DNA from: an uncultured delta proteobacterium
Lineage (GTDB): Bacteria; Myxococcota; Myxococcia; Myxococcales; Myxococcaceae
Length of the DNA: 64,000 nucleotides
Assembly: GCA_963776345.1 (NCBI GenBank)
Contig: CAVZMH010000003.1
Coordinates: 128,001-192,000 of the forward strand
Reading direction: 5' to 3'
In this document: positions 50,500-59,821 of the stretch, piece by piece
How positions within the stretch are numbered: position 1 is the stretch's first letter
How the letters are laid out: every line of letters starts with the position of its first letter
Position numbers and translations under genes: made by a program
The notes under the pieces: generated by a model
The model's database searches: none
Seen by the model: only the letters and a program-made list of their open reading frames with translations
Told to the model about the DNA's origin: nothing

Positions 50500-50710
50500 C
50501 GGACGCTGGCCTCCTGGAAGGCAACGGCCCCGAAATTGTCGCTGCCGGTGAAGAGCTCGAGCATGCGGGAGGCCGCGCCGCTGGCGGTCGCGTGGCCCGA
50601 CGGGTAGCCCGGAAACGGCGGGGTGACGAACGTCGCCGGAGAGTAGGGGCGCCAGTCCGCGGCCGGGATCAGGCGGGTGCCCAGGCCCGGAGTAGAGCTG
50701 CGCCCACCAT
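50500..50710 (-). pseudogene. Internal fragment of a vanadium-dependent haloperoxidase / PAP2-family gene
   Basis: GLGTRLIPAADWRPYSPATFVTPPFPGYPSGHATASGAASRMLELFTGSDNFG, flanked by non-homologous sequence. Confidence 0.75.
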
Positions 50711-50760
50711 TGGAGGCACAAGCCGCCGATTGAGCCTCGGCCCTGTCGCAGAGGTAGGCT

Positions 50761-51525
50761 GTGCATCCCCTCGAGGAGCAACTGCGTCCGTTGAAACAGG
50801 CCCTTGTCACCGGAGCGAGTCGAGGTATCGGGGCTGCCGCCGCGATCGCCCTCGCTCAGCATGGCTTCCGAGTGTGGCTGCACTACCGGGCTCGCGAAGA
50901 CGCTGCCCGACAGGTGGCCCGAAGCATCGTCGAGAGGGGAGGACCAGAGCCCATCCTCGCGCGTTTCGACCTCGCGGATCGGAAGGCCGCGAGTGAGGCC
51001 GTACACGCTTTGACCGAACAGCAGGGAGCCGCGGACGCGCTGGTCCTCGCTGCCGGGGTCACGCACAACGCGCTCTTCGCCCTCACCCCCGACAAGGAAT
51101 GGGATGACGTCATCGCGACGAATCTGGGTGGACTGCTCGCCGTCGGGCGGCCGATCGTCAAGTCGATGCTCCGTGTTCGTGCCGGTCGGATCGTCGTGGT
51201 CTCCTCGGTGGTCGCGCACATCGGAAACGCCGGACAGGTCGCCTATGCGGCCACGAAGGGCGGACTGAGCTCGGCAGCCCTCTCTCTGGCCAGAGAACTT
51301 GCGCCTCGGGGCATCACGGTCAACGTGGTCGCGCCAGGGCTGGTGGACACGGAGATGGTTCAAGGAGCTCCGATCGAGCGGCTGCTGGCCGGCGTTCCCG
51401 CAGGCAGGCTCGGTCGACCGTCGGAGGTGGCCCACGTCATCCGGTACCTGTGTAGCGAGGAGTCGGGCTGCCTGACCGGCCAGGTCTTTCACGTCGACGG
51501 CGGGATGTCCCTCCAGTCCTCATGA
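50761..51525 (+). CDS. fabG: 3-oxoacyl-ACP reductase
   Basis: TGASRGIG, GNAGQVAYAATKGG (YxxxK), VAPGLVDTEM. Confidence 0.9.
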   Translation: MHPLEEQLRPLKQALVTGASRGIGAAAAIALAQHGFRVWLHYRAREDAARQVARSIVERGGPEPILARFDLADRKAASEAVHALTEQQGAADALVLAAGVTHNALFALTPDKEWDDVIATNLGGLLAVGRPIVKSMLRVRAGRIVVVSSVVAHIGNAGQVAYAATKGGLSSAALSLARELAPRGITVNVVAPGLVDTEMVQGAPIERLLAGVPAGRLGRPSEVAHVIRYLCSEESGCLTGQVFHVDGGMSLQSS

Positions 51526-51986
51526 CCGAACGTCCGGGTGCGTTTCCGCCGGTCTCCAGCGTCCTTCCCCACCGGGCACCGTTCCTGTTCATCGAGCGGG
51601 TCGTTGAGCTCACCGAGGACAGGGTGGTCGCGGTTCGGACCTTCCGCCCCGATGAGCCATTCTTCGTCGGGCACTTTCCTGGTCGCCCCGTGGTACCGGG
51701 AGTGGTGCTCATTGAAGGCCTCGCCCAGGCGATGGCCTATCACTCGCTGTCTCATCATCCGTCCCGGGAAATCTTCCTGGTGGGGATCGACCACGCCCGC
51801 TTTCGGTCTCCCGTCGGGTTCGGAGTCGAAGTGAGATTCGACATCCACGTGGGGGAGCAGCGGTTTGGATTGACGAAAGGGGAGGGGGAAGTCAGGACCG
51901 CCACCCAGCAGGTCGCCCGTGCAACGCTGCTTGGTTACACCGCAGACCCCCGCGCGCCCCCCCCCAACGCTGGAGGTTCGCCGTGA
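51522..51986 (+). CDS. fabZ: 3-hydroxyacyl-ACP dehydratase (FabZ/FabA family)
   Basis: LPHRAPFLFIERV, FFVGHFPGRPVVPGVVLIEGLAQ. Confidence 0.9.
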   Translation: MTERPGAFPPVSSVLPHRAPFLFIERVVELTEDRVVAVRTFRPDEPFFVGHFPGRPVVPGVVLIEGLAQAMAYHSLSHHPSREIFLVGIDHARFRSPVGFGVEVRFDIHVGEQRFGLTKGEGEVRTATQQVARATLLGYTADPRAPPPNAGGSP

Positions 51987-52003
51987 AGTGCTCCGGACCT
52001 TGA

Positions 52004-52696
52004 TCACTGTCCGAGCTCGAGCAGCTCGTCGGGTACCGCGAATCCAGGCTGGTAGTCGGTGACGGCGAGCTCGAGGCTGAACCCTCGAGCGTCGGTCAGA
52101 ATGACCCGGCGGGCGATGAGCTGGCCGTGGATGACCTGCCGCTCGTCGTAGAGGATCTCCAGCACCATCTGGCCCTTGCGGAAGAAGCGCTTCCGGAAGA
52201 CCGCGAGGTCGTCGAGGCGATGCCAGACCTCGACGGCATCCACGTCCTCCTCGGCCAGAGATCCTCGATTCACCCAAGCTCCGTCCGAGAACGTTGGCGG
52301 GCCTCGTCCCTCGACGAAGTAGATGCGTTCGACCGAGCGGCCGATCTCCAGCGGGTCGACTCGCGAGGCAACGTCCGGCAGGTAGATCTTCGATTGCCAG
52401 TGACCGGAAAGCTTCGCGATGTCGAAGAGCTTCGGCCCCAACGGCAGGTTCGCCGACACGCGGAACGAGCCATCACGACGTCCCAGGAGGTACCCGGTCA
52501 TCGGGAAGCTCCGGCCCTGGTACCGGGCGACCACCTGGTGGAGCATCCTGAACGTCTCCGGCTCGGCCGCCGCCCGCCGGTTCAACTCCAGGGACGCGGC
52601 TTCCGCCGAAGGAGGAGGGGCGGGCGCGCTGGAGGTGGTCGCGCAGCCCGCGACAGCGACAAGCGTGCAGAGCATCAAGGAGTGATGCGCTCTCAT
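52004..52696 (-). CDS. Lipoprotein (DUF3261-like, aryl-polyene-cluster associated)
   Basis: Lipobox VAGC; beta-rich body; operonic with LolA-like and MMPL genes. Confidence 0.6.
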   Translation of the reverse strand: MRAHHSLMLCTLVAVAGCATTSSAPAPPPSAEAASLELNRRAAAEPETFRMLHQVVARYQGRSFPMTGYLLGRRDGSFRVSANLPLGPKLFDIAKLSGHWQSKIYLPDVASRVDPLEIGRSVERIYFVEGRGPPTFSDGAWVNRGSLAEEDVDAVEVWHRLDDLAVFRKRFFRKGQMVLEILYDERQVIHGQLIARRVILTDARGFSLELAVTDYQPGFAVPDELLELGQ

Positions 52697-55122
52697 CCGG
52701 CCGTGCTTTCCGATGCTCGCCCGGACGACCGGAGGTGGGGAATGAGAAATAGCGCGACGAGGGCACTGATGCCGATGCCGAGGCCCACCGCGAGACCCAT
52801 CGTCTGAATGGCTCGATACGAGGCGAGCGAGAGTGTGCCGAATCCGGCCAGAGTCGTGCTCGAGGTCAGCAGCACTCCAGTGAACTCGACGCTGGAGGTC
52901 CTGGTCGGGTTGGTCAGTCCCTGCACCGAAAAGATTCCGTAGTCGACGCCGCAGCCCAGGATCAACACCAGCGCGCTGGCGGATACGAGGTTCAAGGGAA
53001 TGTGCGTCAGAGACAGAATGGTGAGCGTCCCCAGCAACCCGAGTGCCCCCGGAGCGCAGGCGAGCAGGGCCAATCTCGCAGAGCGAAAGGCGAACACCAG
53101 CAGCACCAGATTCGCCAGCAAACCGACGCCGCTGAGCAGAGCCATTTGCTTCGGGATCGCGGCAACCGTCTCCGCGGCCAGTGCCCCTCCGTCGATGACC
53201 GTGACCTCGGGAGGGAGGCGGCTCTTGAGCTCGGGAATGACCGAGGGGCGGGCTGGATCGAAAGGGGTGACGGCGATGCAGCCCGAGCTGGAGCAGCGCA
53301 GCAGCCGGCGAACCAGGGAGTCCAGTGAGGTCTGGGCCAGATCTCCCGGCTCGAGAGGAGAGGTCTCGCCCGAACGAACGGCCTCGACACCACGCCAGAA
53401 CGGTTCGAATGCGTGCTCGGTGAAACCGAACCTCCCGGCGGCGTCGTCCAGCGCCGTTGCGGCGGCGGAGACGTCCAAGCCTTGAAGACGCCCCTGCCGC
53501 TCCTTCTGAGTTCTCAAGGAAGGCAGGAAGGAGCTCAAGCTCAGGACGTGCGACACGTCGCCGTCGCGCTGGGCTCGATGGAGGACTCTTCCGACCGCAT
53601 CCGAAAGGCGGAGTGCATCCTCCACCGTCCCCGCGCGGGCCACCACGAGCGAGTCGGAACCCTGCAGCCCGAAACGCTTCCGCACCTCCTCGTACTCGGC
53701 GAGCGTCTCTGGCCGCTGTGCGTCGAGGTGGCGAAGCTCACCGTCGAACCGAAGTCGCGGCAACGACACTGCCGAGACGGCGACCACCAGGATGACGATG
53801 CTCCAGGCCAGAAGGGGTGGGAGCCGCAGCAGCTGAAGGTCGAGCATCCAGCGAGGAATCGGCGAGGAATCCCGGAGCCCCCAGCGGGCACCGAGCGCCA
53901 CGACCAGGGTCAGTGTGGCAGCGAACGCGAAAGCGATGCCCGTTCCTGCAAACAGTGCGAGCTCACGAAGCCCTGGGAAGCGCGAGAAGAGCATCAGGGC
54001 GAACGCCATCATCGTGGTGATGAACCCGAGCCAGAGTGAACGGCGGCTCTCCCTCAGTCCGGCCGCAAGGCGCTGGAGTGGTGAGCCGGCGTGCACGGAG
54101 GCCGCGTTGAGCAGGTACATCGGGAAATCGATCGCAATCCCGATCAGCACCGATCCAAAAGCGAAGGTCAGGGGGTGGATTCGACCCTGGATCGAAGCGA
54201 CCGATAGCAGTCCACCCACCATTCCGAAAACCAAGGTGACAGACGCCAGCACGATCAAGCGCAGGCTTCGGAACCGGAGCATGAAGATCGTCATCAGCGC
54301 GACGACCGAGGTGAACATCGTCACCATGATGTCTTGCTTGACGGTTGCGGCGCTCTCGGATGCGAAACGTGGGCCCCCGACCACCTGCAGCCTGGCCACC
54401 CGCCCCGCGTCCAGTGGAAGCTTGGTCGCTTCGCCTTCGAGTCGAGCCAGGAGTGATGCCGAGGCCTCGGTCTCCAGAGCCGATGCCTTCGTGACCCCGA
54501 TCAGCAACAGATGCTTCTGGTCGGTAGAGAGGAGCTGACCGGCATAGGATTTCACACTGACCGCACCGCTCAACCCCGAGAGGACCTCTCCGTCCAGATC
54601 GAGCGGGTCCTGGAGCAGGTCCTTCTTCGTGACGATCGCCTGAGGGGCGGAGAGCTTGGCCTTGAGGGTGGCCAGCAACCCGGGGAGCCGGGAGGGGGAC
54701 AGGCGGTCCTCGATCGCGGCGCGTGGATCCTCGAGTAGATAAAAACGACGGGGGAAGAGGACTCGCCCCACCTTCATCATCTCCTCGGTGGTCTGTCCGG
54801 CGACGATCTCGGAGAACGCTCCGGAGGACCGAAGACGGGTTGCGAGCGCCTCACCCGCCCGGGCGAGTTCCGCCGGGCTCGCACCGGGGATCTCCAGATC
54901 CAGGAGCAGCACATTGAGGGCACCAAATTCCTCCAGAAGCTTTGCCGCCTCGCGCGGGGAGCCAGGTCCCTCCGGAAGCATGGCCCCGATGTCCTGCTCG
55001 ACGACCGTGCTCCTCGCCAGCCAGAGGCCGGCGGCCAGGAAACAGAGAGAGAGTGCCAGGGAGAGGGCGAGATGCGAGGTCAGCCAGATTTGAAGCCGTG
55101 TCAGACCCGGCTGGCCCTGCAT
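52693..55122 (-). CDS. MMPL/RND-family exporter
   Basis: Two TM bundles, each with a G-x-x-x-D motif (GIAIDF, GCGVDY); large extracytoplasmic loops. Confidence 0.88.
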   Translation of the reverse strand: MQGQPGLTRLQIWLTSHLALSLALSLCFLAAGLWLARSTVVEQDIGAMLPEGPGSPREAAKLLEEFGALNVLLLDLEIPGASPAELARAGEALATRLRSSGAFSEIVAGQTTEEMMKVGRVLFPRRFYLLEDPRAAIEDRLSPSRLPGLLATLKAKLSAPQAIVTKKDLLQDPLDLDGEVLSGLSGAVSVKSYAGQLLSTDQKHLLLIGVTKASALETEASASLLARLEGEATKLPLDAGRVARLQVVGGPRFASESAATVKQDIMVTMFTSVVALMTIFMLRFRSLRLIVLASVTLVFGMVGGLLSVASIQGRIHPLTFAFGSVLIGIAIDFPMYLLNAASVHAGSPLQRLAAGLRESRRSLWLGFITTMMAFALMLFSRFPGLRELALFAGTGIAFAFAATLTLVVALGARWGLRDSSPIPRWMLDLQLLRLPPLLAWSIVILVVAVSAVSLPRLRFDGELRHLDAQRPETLAEYEEVRKRFGLQGSDSLVVARAGTVEDALRLSDAVGRVLHRAQRDGDVSHVLSLSSFLPSLRTQKERQGRLQGLDVSAAATALDDAAGRFGFTEHAFEPFWRGVEAVRSGETSPLEPGDLAQTSLDSLVRRLLRCSSSGCIAVTPFDPARPSVIPELKSRLPPEVTVIDGGALAAETVAAIPKQMALLSGVGLLANLVLLVFAFRSARLALLACAPGALGLLGTLTILSLTHIPLNLVSASALVLILGCGVDYGIFSVQGLTNPTRTSSVEFTGVLLTSSTTLAGFGTLSLASYRAIQTMGLAVGLGIGISALVALFLIPHLRSSGRASESTAG

Positions 55123-55123
55123 C

Positions 55124-55714
55124 TCAGCGCCTGGCTTTTTCGATGACGTGGTCACGAAAGGCGATGTCCGTCCGATCGCCATCGGGTTCCTGGAGGGAAA
55201 CGCGCCGCAAGCGGTACTCCGGATCGAACTCCAGATCGATCGCCTGGACCGAGTGGGAAAGCGCTTCGGAACGCGGCTTCAGAGAGACCCTGAGTGGCCG
55301 GGCTCGGTCGATTCGGAGCTCGAACAGAGGCAGGAGACGTTCGAGGTCCGCTTCGAGCACCGCGCGGAGGGTCTCGAAGACCTTCCCCATCCCGGGCTCG
55401 GACGTGAGGTCGAAGCTCTGGGGAGACGACATGCCGGACATGGTCAGTGTCGCCGTCGTCCCCTCGAGGACGAGCTCACTTTCGCTCGGTGGGTCGGTGT
55501 GCCAGACGAGTCGACCGCCGCGGTGGTAGCTGATTCGCCCGGTGCTCACCAGCGTGTCTCGGAGTGCCTTGAGGTGCTTCGTTTGCTCGAAGCGCGCCGA
55601 GAGCGACAGGGTACGCTGCAGGGACTCGCGAAGCGGAGCCAGCTCCGGAGGCACGCCTTTCGGTGCGGGGCTGGCACAGAGGACCACCGGCAGGAGCACG
55701 GCAAGCAGGTCCAT
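55124..55714 (-). CDS. Outer-membrane lipoprotein carrier LolA-like protein
   Basis: ARFEQTKHL, STGRISY, LVWHTDPP, GDRTDIAF. Confidence 0.8.
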   Translation of the reverse strand: MDLLAVLLPVVLCASPAPKGVPPELAPLRESLQRTLSLSARFEQTKHLKALRDTLVSTGRISYHRGGRLVWHTDPPSESELVLEGTTATLTMSGMSSPQSFDLTSEPGMGKVFETLRAVLEADLERLLPLFELRIDRARPLRVSLKPRSEALSHSVQAIDLEFDPEYRLRRVSLQEPDGDRTDIAFRDHVIEKARR

Positions 55715-55811
55715 CGGAGCGTGAGGCTATCACGCTGCCCCAGGAGCATCGGGGTCCAGCTGCTGGACTTGCCGTTCCCGGACATGGGAAGAACGGTGCT
55801 CGGGGAATCAC

Positions 55812-56975
55812 GTGCCTGCAGTCATCACCTCCGTGGGCGCCGTCACCGGCCACGGGATCGGATGCGCCAAGCTCTTCTCGGCGCTGCTTCGCGGCGACAC
55901 GGCGATCCGCTCGGTCTCTCGTTTCCCCGTCGACGGCCTGTGCAGCACCCTGGCTGCCGAGGCCCCCGCGGACGAGGATCTGGAGGCAGCCTCCTCGGGA
56001 CTTCACCGGGGGCCATCGGAAGACCGGGCCACCCGCCTTCTCCTGGCGGCCGCCGCCGAGGCCCTGGAAGGGCGAGAGCTCGAGCCGTCGCCGCGCCGTG
56101 GGGTGATCGTCGGAACCACCAAGGGAGCGTTCGAGCGTCTCGGGCGCCGGACAGGAGCCGATGACCTCCTCGGCGCTCCCGCCCGCGCACTGGCTTGCGC
56201 AGCCCACGCGCATGGCCCGACCTTTGGCATCAGCGCTGCGTGCACGTCGGGCGCAGCGGCGCTCGGTGAGGCGCTGGCTCTGATCGATGCCGGGGTCTGT
56301 GACGAGATCCTCGTGGGTGGGACCGAGGCACTCCATGCCTTCGTCTACCGCGGCTTTCACGCGCTGCGTGCCCTCTCGCCACGACCCGCGATGCCTTTCG
56401 ACGCCGCGCGCAACGGGCTCTCGCTCGGCGAGGGTGCGGGGGTCCTGGTCATCGAGTCGATTGTTCATGCGAGACGACACGGGCGTAGACCGATCGCAGT
56501 GCTGGAAGGGTTCGGGGCGAGCAGTGATGCGCATGACCAGGTCGCACCTGAGCCCGGCGGACGTGGGTTGCTCGCTGCCAGCCGGATGGCCCTCGCCAAT
56601 GCGGGCGTCACGACAAGCGACGTCGATGGCTACCACGCACACGGCACGGGTACGGTCCAGAACGACCGGATGGAGGCCACGGTCTTCGCCGGGCTATTCT
56701 CCGGCCGCGAAGTGACCGTCTCGGCGATCAAGGGCTCCCTGGGGCACACGCTCGGCGCAGCAGGTGCGCTCGATACGCTCGTCTGCGCACTGATGCTGCA
56801 GGCCCGGACCGTACCGCCAGTCACCAATCTGAGGACGCTGGATCCGCTCGCGCGCGTCCCTGCAGCCATCGGAAGACCGAAACCGCTCACCGGGAACCGG
56901 ATCCTCGTGGCCAGCGCAGGCTTCGGCGGCATCAACGCCGCTCTCGTTCTCCGTGCTGCCGTGGGGAGCGCATGA
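55812..56975 (+). CDS. Beta-ketoacyl-ACP synthase (intact C-H-H triad)
   Basis: AACTSG, HAHGTGT, KGSLGHTLGA, GFGG. Confidence 0.92.
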   Translation: MPAVITSVGAVTGHGIGCAKLFSALLRGDTAIRSVSRFPVDGLCSTLAAEAPADEDLEAASSGLHRGPSEDRATRLLLAAAAEALEGRELEPSPRRGVIVGTTKGAFERLGRRTGADDLLGAPARALACAAHAHGPTFGISAACTSGAAALGEALALIDAGVCDEILVGGTEALHAFVYRGFHALRALSPRPAMPFDAARNGLSLGEGAGVLVIESIVHARRHGRRPIAVLEGFGASSDAHDQVAPEPGGRGLLAASRMALANAGVTTSDVDGYHAHGTGTVQNDRMEATVFAGLFSGREVTVSAIKGSLGHTLGAAGALDTLVCALMLQARTVPPVTNLRTLDPLARVPAAIGRPKPLTGNRILVASAGFGGINAALVLRAAVGSA

Positions 56976-57776
56976 CGTCGGAGGTCGGGGTCACCTCCTG
57001 GGCGATCTGGAATGCCGGTGGCGTCTCCATCAACGAGGAGCCCGTCCCCGGGACCGGCGCCGGGCTGGGCCTCTGGTCGGGTCGTCCGCCTCCGACACCT
57101 GGTGCCCGCGGACGGGCCCGTTCCCGCGAACGCTTCTGCGCTCGTTCAGCTCGCCCAGCAGGTCCTGGCCGCTCGTCGGGTGGTCCCCCTCCCCGAATTG
57201 CCGCCGGTGATCGGCGTGCGGCTTGGAACGATGAACGGGTCCAGAGAGAACGATCTGGCCTTTCTCCAGAGCCTGGCCGAGCGCGGCGAGTCCCTGGGCT
57301 CGCCGTCGCTGTTCGTTCACACCCTCTCGACCGCGGCCGTTGCTGAGGTCTCGCTCGCCCTGGGCTGTCGGGGGGCCGTCTCCACGGTGAGCAGCGGTGA
57401 GGCCAGTGGCCTGCTCGCCGTGGCGCTCGGAGCGGGAGAGCTCGCCGCCGGTCGTTCTGCCGCCTGTCTCTGCGGGGCGATGGACGTTTGCGGTTTGGAT
57501 TCGGACGTCATCGCCCTGTTCCTGCTGGAGCACGCCCGGTCAGACATCGCGGTCCCTCGGCTGTCGGGCTGGGAACTCACCTTCGACGCCGCGAGCCCTC
57601 GGAGCCCCAGTTCGTTGCGGTCGAGCATGGAACGGCTGGTCTTCGCGCTCAGCAGCAACGAGGGCGGGCCGGTCAGCGCCTCGTCTGGGACCGGCGAGTC
57701 CGTCCGCCTCTCCGTCGCTCCGGCGGGCCGGAGTGCCGGGCGCAGGGAACGCGTTGGTCGCGTGGAGCGGGCGTGA
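56972..57776 (+). pseudogene. Ketosynthase N-terminal / chain-length-factor-like protein, apparent frameshift near 57060-57100
   Basis: The ATG 56972 frame drifts; the KS-like body (SPSLFVHTLST, EVSLALGCRG) lies in the 57012-57776 frame. No catalytic Cys. Confidence 0.65.
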
Positions 57777-58340
57777 TTGGCGCCGGGACGGAAAGCGGTG
57801 GTGCTGGGCGAAGTGAATGATCTACAGCGGGCCATCGCCGAGCGCCTCGCCGGCGCCGGGCACAGGGTCACCCAGCTGGAGGCGGGCGCTGCCGCGGCCG
57901 AGCTCGACGCCGAGATCCTCGTCCACCTGGATCCGAGCCTCGCCCGTTCTCCGGGGCTCGTCGACCCGGACCACCCCTTCCTCGAGGCACGGGCGATGTT
58001 CAAGCTCATCGAGCGCGCCGCTCGGTCCATGGAGCTCCTGGGGTTCGGTCGAATCGTTCATCTCCGAGCGGGTCCGGCCACGATCGAGTCCTTCTCGGCT
58101 GCCGCGGCGATGGCGACCTTCGAGCTGGCCGGGACGCTCGGGGTGCTCCAGGAGACGGCGCGCCGCCTGGCTCCTCTGGGCATCACGCTCAACGTAGTCA
58201 CTCTAATGACATCATCCGGGGTGCCCACGCAGCGGAAGGCGACGTGCTCCGAAGTTGCGGCCCTGGTGGAGATGCTGTGCCACGACCAGGCCGGCTTCGT
58301 GACCGCCCAGTCCTTTTCAATGGTGATCGGGCTGGGTTAG
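57777..58340 (+). CDS. Degenerate SDR (FabG-like) protein
   Basis: AIAERLAGAG, FGRIVH, LAPLGITLNVV, AGFVTAQ; lacks TGxxxGxG and YxxxK. Confidence 0.6.
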   Translation: MAPGRKAVVLGEVNDLQRAIAERLAGAGHRVTQLEAGAAAAELDAEILVHLDPSLARSPGLVDPDHPFLEARAMFKLIERAARSMELLGFGRIVHLRAGPATIESFSAAAAMATFELAGTLGVLQETARRLAPLGITLNVVTLMTSSGVPTQRKATCSEVAALVEMLCHDQAGFVTAQSFSMVIGLG

Positions 58341-58348
58341 ATCGCCCC

Positions 58349-58651
58349 GTGCCCGCGCCCGCCCCCACCGACCCCTCGATCGAAGACGCGCTGCGGACGC
58401 TTCGTGAGGAGCTCAAGCAGCTCCTGGTGACGACCCTTCGATTGGAGAACGTCCGTCCCGAGGACATCGGTGACACCGAACCTCTGTTCTCTCCCGAGGC
58501 TCGGCTGGGTCTCGATTCCTTGGCCGCGCTCGAGCTGCTCTCGGCAATCGAGTTCACCTACAAGGTTCGTTTCGGGGACGATGGCTCGGCACGGGAACAC
58601 TTCGAGTCCATCTCCACGCTCGCCACGTTCGTCGCGTCCGCTCGGGCCTGA
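58349..58651 (+). CDS. Acyl carrier protein
   Basis: ELKQLLVTTLRLENVRPEDI...LGLDSLAALEL (phosphopantetheine Ser). Confidence 0.9.
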   Translation: MPAPAPTDPSIEDALRTLREELKQLLVTTLRLENVRPEDIGDTEPLFSPEARLGLDSLAALELLSAIEFTYKVRFGDDGSAREHFESISTLATFVASARA

Positions 58652-58654
58652 GCC

Positions 58655-59821
58655 GTGCGTGGGGTTGCGATCACCGGCGTTGGCATCGTCTCGGCGCTGG
58701 GTTCTGGATTCGCCGCTCACCTTGCGGGACTCCGGGAGGGAAGGTCGGGCCTGCGACCCCTCACGCTGTTTCCTGCCGCGGATCTGGGAGGGCTCCCGGT
58801 CGGCGAGGTCGCCGCCGGGCTTGTCCCGAGGAGCCGCGGTCCTCGCTGCATCCGTCTGGCCCTGCTTGCGGCTCGTCAGGCGCTGGCTGGGCGCAGGCTC
58901 GAGGGCGAGGGTGTGCTCTCCATCGGCACGACCACCGGAGGCATCTTCGAGTCGGAGGCTCATTACTTGAAGCACCGGGGAGGCGTGGGTGCGGAAGACC
59001 GGGAACTCCTTCTTCACCACCCGATCGGCGCAGTGACGGATGTCTTGAGCCGGGCCCTGCGTCTTTCCGCTTCGCAGCACACGTTCTCCACCGCCTGTTC
59101 ATCCAGCGCCAATGCCATCGGCTTCGGGGCGTCGATGGTGGAGCGGGAGGGCAAGTGGGCCCTCGTGGGCGGGGTGGATTCGCTCTCTCGCATCACCTAT
59201 GGCGGGTTCCACGCGCTCAGGCTGCTGGCGAGCACGCCCTGCCGCCCGTTCGACCTGAACCGCCGCGGTGTGTCGCTGGGCGAGGGTGCCGCATTTCTCT
59301 TGCTCGAACCGGAGGAAGAGGCGCGCCAGAGGGGGACGCCCGTCCTCGGCTTCGTGAGAGGATGGGGCTGCACCTCCGACGCCCACCACCCAACCGCCCC
59401 GCACCCCCGGGGTGAGGGTGCCGCGGCGGCCTCGCTTTCTGCTCTGGCCGACGCCGGACTGGCCCCGGCGCAGGTGGATTACGTGAACGCTCATGGGACC
59501 GCGACACCGGCCAACGATCTCGCGGAAGGACTGGCCCTGGAACGGGTGTTCGGAGCAAAGCCTCCCCTGACCAGCTCGACCAAGGGGCTGACCGGGCACA
59601 CCCTCGGCGCTGCCGGTGCGATCGAGGCGGTGCTGAGCCTGGCGGCGCTCTCCAGCGGTTTCGTCCCGGCCACGACCGGACTGGAACAGCCGGACCCGGA
59701 GATTCACATCCGGCACGTTCCCCCGGGAGGAGTGAACCAGCCTCTATCGGTCGTGGTCTCCAACTCCTTCGGATTCGGGGGAAACAACGCGGTCCTTGTC
59801 CTTTCTCGGGCGGCTGCATGA
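58655..59821 (+). CDS. Beta-ketoacyl-ACP synthase (intact C-H-H triad)
   Basis: TACSSS, NAHGTAT, TKGLTGHTLGA, SNSFGFGG. Confidence 0.93.
   Translation: MRGVAITGVGIVSALGSGFAAHLAGLREGRSGLRPLTLFPAADLGGLPVGEVAAGLVPRSRGPRCIRLALLAARQALAGRRLEGEGVLSIGTTTGGIFESEAHYLKHRGGVGAEDRELLLHHPIGAVTDVLSRALRLSASQHTFSTACSSSANAIGFGASMVEREGKWALVGGVDSLSRITYGGFHALRLLASTPCRPFDLNRRGVSLGEGAAFLLLEPEEEARQRGTPVLGFVRGWGCTSDAHHPTAPHPRGEGAAAASLSALADAGLAPAQVDYVNAHGTATPANDLAEGLALERVFGAKPPLTSSTKGLTGHTLGAAGAIEAVLSLAALSSGFVPATTGLEQPDPEIHIRHVPPGGVNQPLSVVVSNSFGFGGNNAVLVLSRAAA

Noticed and set aside
50440..50760. tRNA/att site or integrase at the island boundary
   Set aside because: No tRNA fold, direct repeat or recombinase visible.
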